From: Acidimicrobiales bacterium
GTDB lineage: Bacteria > Actinomycetota > Acidimicrobiia > Acidimicrobiales > Bog-793
Direction: 5' to 3'
Length of the DNA: 64,000 nt
Assembly (NCBI GenBank): GCA_052146595.1
Contig: JBKQMT010000009.1
Span: forward strand, 9,484 to 73,483
In this document: in pieces, positions 40,874 through 49,760 of the stretch
Numbering within the stretch: position 1 is the stretch's first letter
How the letters are laid out: each line of letters opens with the position of its first letter
Translations under genes and position numbers: made by a program
Notes under the pieces: model-generated
Told to the model about the DNA's origin: nothing
Seen by the model: the letters and a program-made list of their open reading frames with translations, nothing else
Databases searched by the model: none

Positions 40874-41789
40874 CGGATTGGGCAAGGGACTGGGGGCGCT
40901 CATCCCGTCGACATCGGTGACCTCTACCGGGTCCATGCTTCGGGAAGTCCCGCTCGCCCGCATCCGGCCGAACCCGTTCCAACCTCGCAACCAGTTCGGT
41001 GAGCAGGGCCTATCTGCACTCGTTGATTCGATCAAGGCCGTCGGCATCCTCCAACCTGTGCTCGTACGAGAGGTCGGTCCCGAAGACTACGAATTGATCG
41101 CCGGTGAGCGTCGGTGCCGGGCAGCCCGGCGGGCGGGCCTTCAGTCGATTCCGGCCCTGGTCCACCAAGCCGACGACGCCATGAGCCTCGAAGAGGCTCT
41201 CGTGGAGAACTTGCATCGCGAAGACCTCAACCCTCTCGACGAGGCTGGTGCCTACCAACAGTTGATCGAGGAATTCAACCTGACCCACGAGGAGGTCGCG
41301 CGCAGGGTGGGCCGATCGCGGGCTGGGATCACAAATGCGCTACGGCTCTTCCAGTTGCCGCCGACGGTCCAGCGCTACGTGCGCGACGGTCAGCTCAGCG
41401 CAGGGCACGCCCGAACCTTGCTGGCCACGCCGGACCGGATCCTGCAAGAGCGGCTCGCCGGTGAGGCGATCCACGGCGGCCTTTCCGTCCGAGCACTAGA
41501 AGAGCTGGTCCGCCAGGCTATGCGCGAGGCACAGGCCGAAGAAGGCCCTGACGGGGCGGGTGCACCCGATGGTGATCAGGCCGCGGCGCCCGGGCTTGCG
41601 ACACCAAGGGCCGGGCACTCGCTTCGACCGCCGGGCGTTCACGACCTCGAGGAGCTCTTGGAGGAAAGACTGAACACTCGGGTCAAAGTCGATATGGGCG
41701 GGAAGCGGGGCAAACTTGTGATCGAGTTCGCCACCTTGGACGATCTGGAACGTATTTACCGCGTCATCATCGGAGAGACCTACACCTGA
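40860..41789 (+). CDS. parB: Chromosome partitioning protein ParB (Spo0J)
   Basis: GLGKGLGALIP, IRPNPFQPRNQF, LIAGERRCRAARRAGL (GERR box) and HTH EEVARRVGRSRAGITNALRLFQLP. GTG 40860 has GAAGGAGG 7 nt upstream and overlaps the parA end. Confidence 0.92.
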   Translation: MVRRSGLGKGLGALIPSTSVTSTGSMLREVPLARIRPNPFQPRNQFGEQGLSALVDSIKAVGILQPVLVREVGPEDYELIAGERRCRAARRAGLQSIPALVHQADDAMSLEEALVENLHREDLNPLDEAGAYQQLIEEFNLTHEEVARRVGRSRAGITNALRLFQLPPTVQRYVRDGQLSAGHARTLLATPDRILQERLAGEAIHGGLSVRALEELVRQAMREAQAEEGPDGAGAPDGDQAAAPGLATPRAGHSLRPPGVHDLEELLEERLNTRVKVDMGGKRGKLVIEFATLDDLERIYRVIIGETYT

Positions 41790-41828
41790 GATCGAGGTCT
41801 CTCGCCCGAGACGCCCTCGTTCTCTCCG

Positions 41829-42005
41829 TTTTCCACAAGATGTGAAAATAATCACGAGCCGTCGTCACTTTCGGTGGTGAGCATTATCCCTGTTCAGGGC
41901 CATTTGTACGCCGATCTCTCATTCTGAGTTTACTTTGGCGTTACCCTCTAGACCTCTACTGTTGGTCCAAGTTGATCCACAACCTGTGCATGAGGTTGTG
42001 GACAC
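41829..42005. promoter_or_regulatory. AT-rich cluster of DnaA-box-like motifs and inverted repeats between convergent genes
   Basis: TTTTCCACA at 41829-41837, facing TGTGAAAAT at 41841-41849. TGATCCACA at 41973-41981. GTGTCCACA on the reverse strand at 41997-42005. The 9-bp inverted repeat TCCACAACC/GGTTGTGGA at 41976-41984 and 41994-42002. Confidence 0.35.
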
Positions 42006-42006
42006 T

Positions 42007-43074
42007 TCACTCCCGACTCATGCCGAGCCAGCCTTCCAGGGCCTCCTGGACTGCTGCTCCGAGCTGCGAGGTCTTCATCGCCACTTGACGAGGCGACCCG
42101 AGCTCAAGCACCACCGCCGGCATGGCCGTTCGCCGTAGGATCACGTCGGCCATCCCGTGGGCGCCAGCGTTACCGAGACCGAGCCGTGCGGCTGCCGTGT
42201 CCACAAGCAGCTCGGCGAGCTGGCGACTCGCCAGCGACTCGTAGCGAAAGCCACGGTAGAAGTAGGTCGTGGCGTCACCGTGCCTTGGTTCGAGCCGAAG
42301 GCCGACATAGCAGTCAACCTTCGCCGTGTTCGCGGCGAGCGCCTGGGCGAGCGGATCGGGGTCGTGCAGCTCGAGGGAACGAGCCCCCGCTCCGATGAGC
42401 GCACGGCGAACCGCGGCGACACCGGTGGCAAAGCCACCTTCCTCGCCGACGGCGATCTGCTTGTAGGCGAGCGTGGCTGGGGCCGCGGCAACCTTGAGCT
42501 GCTCCCTCAAGGGCGTCACGAGATCTGCCCCGCCCTGGACAGGGGCGACGCGGGTCAACTCAGCGAGTGTCAGCGGACCGCAGATCCCGTCTGTCACAAG
42601 GCCAACGTTTCGCTGGAACTCGGCAAGCGCGAGATGGGTGCCTTCGCCGAAGATCCCATCGACGCCGCCGGGATCGAACCCGAGCCCGCTCAGCCTGCGC
42701 TGCACCTCGGCGACGTCGTCACCGTGCAGCATCGGGATGCGGCGGTACAAGAGCCGGTCACCCAAGTGAAAGCCAGCCTCGACGAGGCTCGACCACGTCT
42801 CGCGGTCGCAAACGCCGTCATCGTGAAGACCGCGCTGGGACTGGAACTCCTGCACCGCAAGCGCGGTCCCGGTCGCATAGACCCCCGGGCTGTCAAGGCC
42901 ATGGTCGAAGCCGAGCCGGCAGAGCCGTTCTTGCAGGTCGGCCACTGGTTCGCCGGCATCGCCCTCACGAAGTGGCAGGAGATCGACTCGAGGCGTGACT
43001 GCCCGTGCGCGGCTCATTGCCCCGGGCACCGCAGCCGGTCGGTCATCTCGCACATGGTAGGAGACGACGGGCAC
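42007..43074 (-). CDS. cwlM: CwlM-like N-acetylmuramoyl-L-alanine amidase homolog (2x PG_binding_1 plus Amidase_3), no signal peptide
   Basis: Two LQERLCRLGF../VQRRLSGLGFDPGGVDGIFG peptidoglycan-binding repeats, then an Amidase_3-like C-terminal half. GTG start at 43074. Same position next to trxA/trxB as mycobacterial cwlM. Confidence 0.7.
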   Translation of the reverse strand: MPVVSYHVRDDRPAAVPGAMSRARAVTPRVDLLPLREGDAGEPVADLQERLCRLGFDHGLDSPGVYATGTALAVQEFQSQRGLHDDGVCDRETWSSLVEAGFHLGDRLLYRRIPMLHGDDVAEVQRRLSGLGFDPGGVDGIFGEGTHLALAEFQRNVGLVTDGICGPLTLAELTRVAPVQGGADLVTPLREQLKVAAAPATLAYKQIAVGEEGGFATGVAAVRRALIGAGARSLELHDPDPLAQALAANTAKVDCYVGLRLEPRHGDATTYFYRGFRYESLASRQLAELLVDTAAARLGLGNAGAHGMADVILRRTAMPAVVLELGSPRQVAMKTSQLGAAVQEALEGWLGMSRE

Positions 43075-43124
43075 TGCCCGGTAGCGCCCGTCCTGCGGGT
43101 CTTTGCCCTATGTTCAGCCGTCTG

Positions 43125-43448
43125 TTAGAGAAAGGGCTCGAACTCCGACAGGATCTGGGTCTTGCTCCTCGCTCCGACGATGCGGGCTTGGGCCTCGCCG
43201 TTCCTGAACAGCAGCAGTGTCGGGATGCTCATCACCTGGAACCGCTGCGCAGTGCGGGGATTGTCGTCGACATTCAGCTTGGCCACCTTGAGCTTGCCGC
43301 TGTGCGCGTCGGCGATCTCGTCGAGAATGGGGGCCACCATCTTGCAAGGTCCGCACCATTCGGCCCAGAAGTCGACCACTACCGGGATGTCCGAGAGGCC
43401 GACCGCTTCGTCGAAGGTGTCGTCGCTGACGGTGATGACGTCGTTCAT
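43125..43448 (-). CDS. trxA: Thioredoxin
   Basis: [33 protein letters not shown] (WCGPC active site), 107 aa. The track ORF to 43781 is an upstream over-extension into trxB. Confidence 0.95.
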   Translation of the reverse strand: MNDVITVSDDTFDEAVGLSDIPVVVDFWAEWCGPCKMVAPILDEIADAHSGKLKVAKLNVDDNPRTAQRFQVMSIPTLLLFRNGEAQARIVGARSKTQILSEFEPFL

Positions 43449-43464
43449 TCCATTCTCCTTGTAG

Positions 43465-44433
43465 TCAACTTTCGGTGAGCGATGACAGGTATCGCTCCGC
43501 GTCGATGGCGGCCATGCACCCGGAGCCGGCGGCCGTGACGGCCTGCCGGTAGATGTGGTCCTGGGCGTCGCCACAAGCGAACACTCCCGGCACGTTGGTC
43601 CTTGTCCCTTCCCGGGTGAGGAGGTAACCGGCCTTGTCCATCTCGAGCTGCCCGGCGAACAGCTCCGTGCTCGGGGCGTGCCCGATGGCGACGAAGACGC
43701 CGTCGGCGGCGAGCTCCGACTCCTCGCCCGTGTTGACATCACGCACCCGCACCCCGGTGACGCGGTCGCCACCGAGTACATCTGTCACCACCGAGTCCCA
43801 GCGAAACGTGATCTTCTCGTTCGTGAACGCCCGGTCCTGCATGATCTTGGAGGCGCGCAGCTCTTTGCGACGGTGCACGATGGTCACCGAGTCGCCGAAC
43901 TTCGTAAGGAAAAGCGCTTCCTCGAGGGCGGAGTCGCCGCCGCCTACGACGACGATCTGCTTGCCGCGGAAGAAGAACCCGTCGCAGGTCGCACACGTGG
44001 AGACTCCATAGCCGAGCAGGCGGGCCTCGTTCTCGAGCCCGAGCATGAGGGAACGGGCGCCTGTGGCGATGATCAGGGTCCTTGTCCTCAGCGTCGGCTC
44101 AGGCGCGGCGGGATCACCGATCCACACGGCGATCGGCACCGAGTCCACGTCGACCCTCGACGCCCTCTCGGTCAGGATCTCGGCGCCGAATCGTTCCGCC
44201 TGGGCCCGCATCGATACCATCAGCTCAGGACCCAGCACACCGTGGGTGAAGCCCGGGAAGTTCTCCACGTCCGTCGTCAACATGAGCTGACCGCCCGGCT
44301 GGTCGCTAGAGGACGAAGGCTCACCTTCCAGGACGAGCGGATGCAGCTCGGCCCGTCCTGCGTAGATGGCGGCCGTGAGGCCTGCGGGCCCCGAGCCGAG
44401 GATCACCAGGTCGCGTGTCGCGCCGGACTCCAT
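43465..44433 (-). CDS. trxB: Thioredoxin-disulfide reductase
   Basis: [16 protein letters not shown] (FAD), CATCDG redox centre, [12 protein letters not shown] (NADPH), GVFACGD. Confidence 0.95.
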   Translation of the reverse strand: MESGATRDLVILGSGPAGLTAAIYAGRAELHPLVLEGEPSSSSDQPGGQLMLTTDVENFPGFTHGVLGPELMVSMRAQAERFGAEILTERASRVDVDSVPIAVWIGDPAAPEPTLRTRTLIIATGARSLMLGLENEARLLGYGVSTCATCDGFFFRGKQIVVVGGGDSALEEALFLTKFGDSVTIVHRRKELRASKIMQDRAFTNEKITFRWDSVVTDVLGGDRVTGVRVRDVNTGEESELAADGVFVAIGHAPSTELFAGQLEMDKAGYLLTREGTRTNVPGVFACGDAQDHIYRQAVTAAGSGCMAAIDAERYLSSLTES

Positions 44434-44463
44434 TTGTGTCGCTTTCTCTTCGTGCCCGGCCGG

Positions 44464-44769
44464 TCAGGTCCGGCTGTGGCGCATCCTGGAGATAAACGTC
44501 CCGGTGAGCACGAAGATTCCACCGATCAACAGGTAGCTCGCCCACACCCTTTGATCGAAGACCTCGTTGTCCAAGAGGCGGACGAGGCCGATGGCGAGCG
44601 CCACGACGACGAAGACGACCACGAAGATGGCCAAGGTGCCGAAAATGGCCGCGCCGACGAAGGTCTGCACCGGCCGGACGGTGTGGTCGCGGATGAGCTC
44701 GACGACTTGCCCGAGCTTCTCGGTGAGCTGCGCAGCCCAGTCGTCTCGGGGGGTCTGCTCAGGAGACAT
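44464..44769 (-). CDS. Small two-TM membrane protein, function unknown
   Basis: 101 aa with hydrophobic segments AAIFGTLAIFVVVFVVVALAIGLV and ASYLLIGGIFVLTGTFI. High third-position GC is consistent with coding. It occupies the slot upstream of trxB. Confidence 0.55.
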   Translation of the reverse strand: MSPEQTPRDDWAAQLTEKLGQVVELIRDHTVRPVQTFVGAAIFGTLAIFVVVFVVVALAIGLVRLLDNEVFDQRVWASYLLIGGIFVLTGTFISRMRHSRT

Positions 44770-44779
44770 GCGCGATAGG

Positions 44780-45634
44780 TTAGCGGGCCGCGGTCTGCGC
44801 GAGCCGGTAGCAGATGCCGATGCATCTCGGCCCGGCGTGGGTCCCGATGACGGGGCCGAGGTAGTTGACGAGGATCTCGTCTCGGGGGTAGACGTCCTCG
44901 ATCATGCCGAGGAAGGTGTCGAGGTCCGGAGCGGCGGCGTGGACGACGGCGAGCCCTTCCAGCTCACCGGCGTTTCTCAGCTTGTTGGCTAGGTACTCGA
45001 GCGAACCGCCACGCGTCCTCTGGCGTGATTCGGCCACGGCGACTCCGTCTCGGATCTCGACGATCGGCTTGATCGACAAGATCGAGCCCAAGAGGGCCCT
45101 TGCCGTTCCGATGCGACCACCCTTGCGGACGTTGTCCATGGTGTCGAGGGCCCCGAAGACGCGGATTCTCGGGACGACCGCCCTGGCGGCAGCCTCGGCA
45201 TCACCGAGATCGCCCGTCGCGGCTGCGACCTGGGCAGCTTCGAGCACGATCATCCCCTGGCCCAAGGTCACGGTGCGGGTGTCGATGACGCGCACCTCGA
45301 CCCGCTCACTCACTTCATCCGCGCCGGCGCACGCGGCTTGGTAGGTCGAGGAGAGCTGGGACGACAAGGTGAGGCATACCACTCCACTGCAGCCGTCGTC
45401 GGCGGCCTGCGTGAAGTTCTCGGCGAAAGCGCCCGGCGACGGTGCCGAGGTCTCGGGCAGAGCGTCTGTCATGGCACAGCGCCGCCAGAACTCGGCAGGG
45501 TCGATCAGGCGCATCTCCTCGGGCCCCCACTTTCCGAGCCGGACGTCGAGGGGGACAATCCTGATGTCGTGCTGCGCGGCGAGGCTCGCGGGAAGGTCAG
45601 CCGCGCTATCGGTTACGACTCTTATTCCTGCCAT
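44780..45634 (-). CDS. DegV-family (fatty-acid-binding) protein
   Basis: IRVVTDSAADLP at the N-terminus, SSQLSSTYQ, and length typical of DegV. The start ATG shares one base with the murJ stop (TGATG). Confidence 0.85.
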   Translation of the reverse strand: MAGIRVVTDSAADLPASLAAQHDIRIVPLDVRLGKWGPEEMRLIDPAEFWRRCAMTDALPETSAPSPGAFAENFTQAADDGCSGVVCLTLSSQLSSTYQAACAGADEVSERVEVRVIDTRTVTLGQGMIVLEAAQVAAATGDLGDAEAAARAVVPRIRVFGALDTMDNVRKGGRIGTARALLGSILSIKPIVEIRDGVAVAESRQRTRGGSLEYLANKLRNAGELEGLAVVHAAAPDLDTFLGMIEDVYPRDEILVNYLGPVIGTHAGPRCIGICYRLAQTAAR

Positions 45635-45658
45635 CAGCTCTTGTTCCTGCCATCAGTA
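45621..45658. repeat. 19-bp tandem duplication spanning the murJ stop / degV start junction
   Basis: CTTATTCCTGCCATCAGCT at 45621-45639 and CTTGTTCCTGCCATCAGTA at 45640-45658, identical at 16 of 19 positions. Confidence 0.8.
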
Positions 45659-47283
45659 CCCTCCTCAAGTCTCGCGCGCCGTCGCCTCGAAGTCTGCCAG
45701 CCGACAAGGCTGCCGGCGAGTCCGGCAGCCAAGCCGTAGGAGACGACGCCCGCGAGAACGGCGGCGGCGACGCGCTCGAAGAGACCGAGGCCCTGGTCAG
45801 ATCCGACACCTGCGAGGACAAGAGCAACGACGAAGGCCATGACGAGCGAGCAGATCACCGTGCGGGCCACGTAGCGGCCCACGATGAGGCCACCGAGACC
45901 ACCTACCCGGGCCCGGAGGACGATCAGGGCCGCCACCGCAGCCACTGAGTAGGCGATCGCCAGGGAAAGGGCCAGCCCCTTTCCTCCGAGCGCGCTGCGC
46001 AAAGAGAAGGCGAGCAGGATGTTCAGGCCGTTCTCGAGCAGGTAGAGGAAGAAGGGCGTTCGCGTGTCGCGCATCGACTGGAAGGCGAGAATGGCAAGCA
46101 GGTAGACGCAGAACCCGGGCAAACCGAGGGCAAGGAGTTCGAGCATCGTCGCGGTGAGGTGTGCCCCGCTCGAATGGTGCGCGGTCCCGGCCCCGAGTGA
46201 GATGAGCGAGATCGCCGGCCGGGCGAGGAGCAGGTACCCGACGGCAGCCGGGATGACACCAGCCAGGGTGCGGCGGAGCCCGAGACCGAACTGATCGGCG
46301 AAGCCCTTCTTGTCGCCTTTGGTGAAGCGCGAGGCGAGCACCGGCGCCATCGTGGTCATGACCGAGACGGCGACGATGCCGAACGGCAGCTGAAAGAACG
46401 TCGACGCGTACGTGTAGGCGGTAAGCGTCGCCGCCCCGATGCTCACCGCGATCGCGGACACGACAAAGACCGCTATTTGATTGGCGATCACGAACCCGAA
46501 GGTCCAGCCGGAGAGGTTGACGATCTCGCGCACGGCCGGGTCGTCGGGTCGCCACCGGGGACGTACCCGCAAGCCGCAGGACAACAAGCTTGGGACGAGG
46601 GCCACAGCCTGGACGACCACGCCGAGTGTCGTGCCGATGCCGAGCAGCAGCAAGAGCCTGTGGTCGCGGCTGACCTGGACGAGGCTGTGAGTATGGCCTA
46701 TGTCGGCGAAAGCGAGAAGGATGCCGATGGCGACCACATTGTTGAGGATCGGGGTGAAGGCCGGGGCGGAGAAGCGACGGGCGGTGTTCAACACAGCCGT
46801 CATGAGGCTGATCGCACCGTAGGCAAGCAGCTGGGGAGCGAAGAGACGGAGGAGGAACGTGGCGACCTGACGCTCGGTGACGATCCCGGGCCCGTGGCTG
46901 CCGACCGTGTAAAGGTCGATGATGTAAGGAGCAGCCAGGAAGAACACGACCGTTGCGCCAAGGAGAACACATGAGGCGAGGGTCAGAACGGCCGAGATCG
47001 ATTCGATGGCCTCTGCCTTCGAGCGCGTCGCGAGGCGTGAGACGAACACCGGGACGAAGGTGGCCGTGAGGATCCCGCCGAGCACGAGGTCGTGCACGAT
47101 GTTCGGCGTGTTGTTGGCGAGGTTGAACGAGTCGGAAAGGCTCGAGTAGCCGAGGGCGTAGATAGCGACGAGGATGCGCAACAGCCCCGTGACGCGCGAT
47201 AAGAGCGTGCCTGCGGCCACATAAGCCGTCGCGGTGCCGAGGCCCGGTCGGGAGCGCCCCGTACGGGCGCCACCATTCGCCAT
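45634..47283 (-). CDS. murJ: Lipid II flippase MurJ (MviN)
   Basis: AAGTLLSRVTGLLRILVAIYALG, NTPNIVHDLVLGGILTATFVPVF and about 14 TM segments. ATG 47283 (MANGG..) is preferred over the 85-codon longer track ORF. Confidence 0.88.
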   Translation of the reverse strand: MANGGARTGRSRPGLGTATAYVAAGTLLSRVTGLLRILVAIYALGYSSLSDSFNLANNTPNIVHDLVLGGILTATFVPVFVSRLATRSKAEAIESISAVLTLASCVLLGATVVFFLAAPYIIDLYTVGSHGPGIVTERQVATFLLRLFAPQLLAYGAISLMTAVLNTARRFSAPAFTPILNNVVAIGILLAFADIGHTHSLVQVSRDHRLLLLLGIGTTLGVVVQAVALVPSLLSCGLRVRPRWRPDDPAVREIVNLSGWTFGFVIANQIAVFVVSAIAVSIGAATLTAYTYASTFFQLPFGIVAVSVMTTMAPVLASRFTKGDKKGFADQFGLGLRRTLAGVIPAAVGYLLLARPAISLISLGAGTAHHSSGAHLTATMLELLALGLPGFCVYLLAILAFQSMRDTRTPFFLYLLENGLNILLAFSLRSALGGKGLALSLAIAYSVAAVAALIVLRARVGGLGGLIVGRYVARTVICSLVMAFVVALVLAGVGSDQGLGLFERVAAAVLAGVVSYGLAAGLAGSLVGWQTSRRRRARLEEGTDGRNKS

Positions 47284-47435
47284 CGGTTGACCGGGACCAC
47301 CACCGACGGTTGGGCCCGCCCCCCGGGCCCTGCTCAGCCCGGCAGGTGCGGGTATCCCGGGGAGTGTGCGTGGCAGGCGCCCTCTGTAGATGGTCCGACG
47401 GTCACCATACCCGTGGGCGCGGTGCGTTCTGCGCC

Positions 47436-49679
47436 TCACGAGGCGCGTTCCTGTACCGCTTCCGAAGTCCGTTGCGGCAGTTGGCCTGACACATGCTTGG
47501 CGCGACGCCGGTGGCGACGGGAGGCGGAGCGGAACCACCAGAAGAGGAGGAAGACCACGGCACCGATCGTGAGGGCGATCGCGACGTTCGAGATCGCCGT
47601 AGAACGGATCGTCAGCTCGACGCGTGCCAGCTGGAGATGGCCCACCGGTGACAAAAGTTGCAACTGCAGGCTCGAATCTCCCGAGGTACGCGTGTGCACG
47701 CGGACGATGAGGCTTGTCGTCCCGCGCCTTAACACGACGGCGATCTCGGGCGACGAGGACAAGTCCTGGCCCGAGACCACCAAGATGGCGTGAATTGGCG
47801 TCCTGGAGCTCGAGGTGATCGCGATCGGGAACCTCGCCGAGGCGGAGGTCACAGTCACGGTCCGACCGGCGGGCAGGCCCAGCTGTGATCCAAGCCTGAG
47901 CATCGTGACGTGCGGCGCCGACAGGTACGCCTGGCGGAGGCTCGGTGAGAGCCCCGCCGTCTCAGCGAGCAGCATGGCGTCCTCGAGACCGTGGATCATC
48001 CCGGCACCGGTCGGGATGACCGAGGACAATTCCGCGAGCTGGCTACGTGCTGCTTGCACCTGGCCCGAGGTGGCCGATCCGCCGCTTGGGAGGGCCGGGC
48101 TGGCGAGGGCGCGAACAGCAGCGGAGCAACCGTTCACGACGACAGGCGGTAGCTGGCAGTTTCCACGCCTGACGGTCGAGAAGAGCCGCCGGAGGGGCAA
48201 GGTGGTGACGATGGGGCTCAACCTGAGTCCCGTGAGCATGTCGCTGAGGAACTCAGGCTGGGGTACCCATGAGTCTGGAGCGACGAGGGCCACTCCTCTT
48301 GCCATCGGGTAGTCCGGCGAGTCGAAGTAGATCTCGGCCAGGTCAGCCAGCAATTGTTGAGCTCGCAGCGCCGGGCTCCCGGCTCCGGTGAGGTGCGCCG
48401 AGAGTCCCGGGTCGGCTTGTAGTCCCTCGACGATCGACCCAGGTATGAAAAACGGTGCCGAGAGCGTGTACGGCCACTGCACCACTGACGGTTGACGGCT
48501 TGTGGTCGATTCGAGGTTGGACTGGGCGACCACGATGTACCCGATGCCGTCTGCGGCAAGAGCCGCGAGGCCGCCCGGGCCTACCGGCGCCGTCGCGACG
48601 AAAATGTGTGAAGCACCGAAAGTGTGGAGCACTTTTTCGAACACGGCGTTGCCGTACTCGATCTGGCTTGCCAGGTCGCGCTCGAGGCCGGCCCGCACGA
48701 GCTGGGTCGGGTCGACGTCGCTGAAGGGGCCGCCGATGAGACTGTCGTGGCCCCCGTAGGCGATCTTTTTCACCAGCTTTAGGAGTTTCTTGTTCCCGGC
48801 GAGCGCCAGCAGCGTCTGGCCGTAGAGGTCAACTGACAGCGGTACCGACGACCAGCTCGTCTCTGCGCGGGCGATGGTCTCGACCGCGGCGAGAGTGGCG
48901 GCGGGCACGGACGGGCTCCCGGTCGCGGAGAGCGCGATGGAGGCCCCAACCGGCAGGACGAAGGAGAAACGGAGGCGCTTTTGCGACGCAACCGTCGAGG
49001 GGACGACCACGAGGTAGGTCGTGAGCGAGTCGATGGTGACCGGCTGCCCGCTCAGCACGTCGACGAGGGACACCTGGAGGGGGTAGACACCGCCGCAGCC
49101 CCCATAGCGCGGCGGGCAAGGGAGTTGGAAGACACGATCCGCAGGCGCCTTTGCAGGTACTTGATCGGAGAGCTCGGAGCCTCCGACGTAGAACTTCAGC
49201 GAGCCGCGGGCCTGGCGGATCGAGCGCAGTGAGAACGTCTTGAGGGCGAGCCGGTTCAGCCCGGCCAACTGCCCCGTGAGCGTCGCATCGAATTCGTCAC
49301 GGCTCGCAAGCGCCGACTGGTCGGGCTCGGTGTAGAGCGCCACGGTGACGAGGAGATCTTTGGCGGCGACCGGCGAACGTACGTTCAGACTGAGTCGGAC
49401 GGGAACCTTCGAGCTCTGCACCCAGGCGTTCTGCGACGTCAGGGTGATGACGCCGTGAGGGATCGGGATCCTCTGAGCAGCAGCGGGCCCCACCGGGCCG
49501 ATGGGGCCCGTCGCGAGCAGCACGGCAAGAACTGCGAGCCCAGAACGCGCCGCGAGGCGCGCGACCGGCTTCAACACCGATCGGGCATCGCTGACCCATG
49601 AGGCGGACGGCAACGGTGGACTTGTCCTCCGATCGGACACGCGAGACGCAGCGAGCCTATCGGCGCGCGGGGTACTCAT
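47436..49679 (-). CDS. Large exported protein with C-terminal TM anchor, conserved partner of murJ (DUF6049-like by position)
   Basis: About 747 aa from ATG 49679. N-terminal signal/TM LAARSGLAVLAVLLATGPIGPVGPAAAQ. C-terminal anchor AIALTIGAVVFLLFWWF followed by RRHRRR. Same position as the large conserved gene upstream of mviN in mycobacteria. The family assignment is positional only. Confidence 0.6.
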   Translation of the reverse strand: MSTPRADRLAASRVSDRRTSPPLPSASWVSDARSVLKPVARLAARSGLAVLAVLLATGPIGPVGPAAAQRIPIPHGVITLTSQNAWVQSSKVPVRLSLNVRSPVAAKDLLVTVALYTEPDQSALASRDEFDATLTGQLAGLNRLALKTFSLRSIRQARGSLKFYVGGSELSDQVPAKAPADRVFQLPCPPRYGGCGGVYPLQVSLVDVLSGQPVTIDSLTTYLVVVPSTVASQKRLRFSFVLPVGASIALSATGSPSVPAATLAAVETIARAETSWSSVPLSVDLYGQTLLALAGNKKLLKLVKKIAYGGHDSLIGGPFSDVDPTQLVRAGLERDLASQIEYGNAVFEKVLHTFGASHIFVATAPVGPGGLAALAADGIGYIVVAQSNLESTTSRQPSVVQWPYTLSAPFFIPGSIVEGLQADPGLSAHLTGAGSPALRAQQLLADLAEIYFDSPDYPMARGVALVAPDSWVPQPEFLSDMLTGLRLSPIVTTLPLRRLFSTVRRGNCQLPPVVVNGCSAAVRALASPALPSGGSATSGQVQAARSQLAELSSVIPTGAGMIHGLEDAMLLAETAGLSPSLRQAYLSAPHVTMLRLGSQLGLPAGRTVTVTSASARFPIAITSSSRTPIHAILVVSGQDLSSSPEIAVVLRRGTTSLIVRVHTRTSGDSSLQLQLLSPVGHLQLARVELTIRSTAISNVAIALTIGAVVFLLFWWFRSASRRHRRRAKHVSGQLPQRTSEAVQERAS

Positions 49680-49760
49680 ACAGGTAGACCAAGCGTGCCC
49701 GAGCTTGCGGCACGCAATATCGCTGCCACGCATCGAGCGCGGGAGCGGTACGGTCGTGGA

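Noticed and set aside
41773-41812. Hairpins after parB (GAGAGACC...GGTCTCTC; GTCTC...GAGAC) as an intrinsic terminator
   Set aside because: The stems exist, but the first has a 15-nt loop containing the stop codon, and neither is followed by a T-tract. I cannot call a terminator with confidence.
41829-41849. Second parS site downstream of parB
   Set aside because: GTTTTCCAC-aagat-GTGAAAAT has parS-like half-sites, but they are split by 5 nt and each carries changes. It does not meet the contiguous 16-mer consensus. It is kept only as part of the DnaA-box/inverted-repeat cluster.
43449-43781. Upstream 111 codons of the 218-aa ORF containing thioredoxin
   Set aside because: They overlap the 3' end of trxB in another frame. 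Canonical thioredoxin starts at MNDVITV (ATG 43448).
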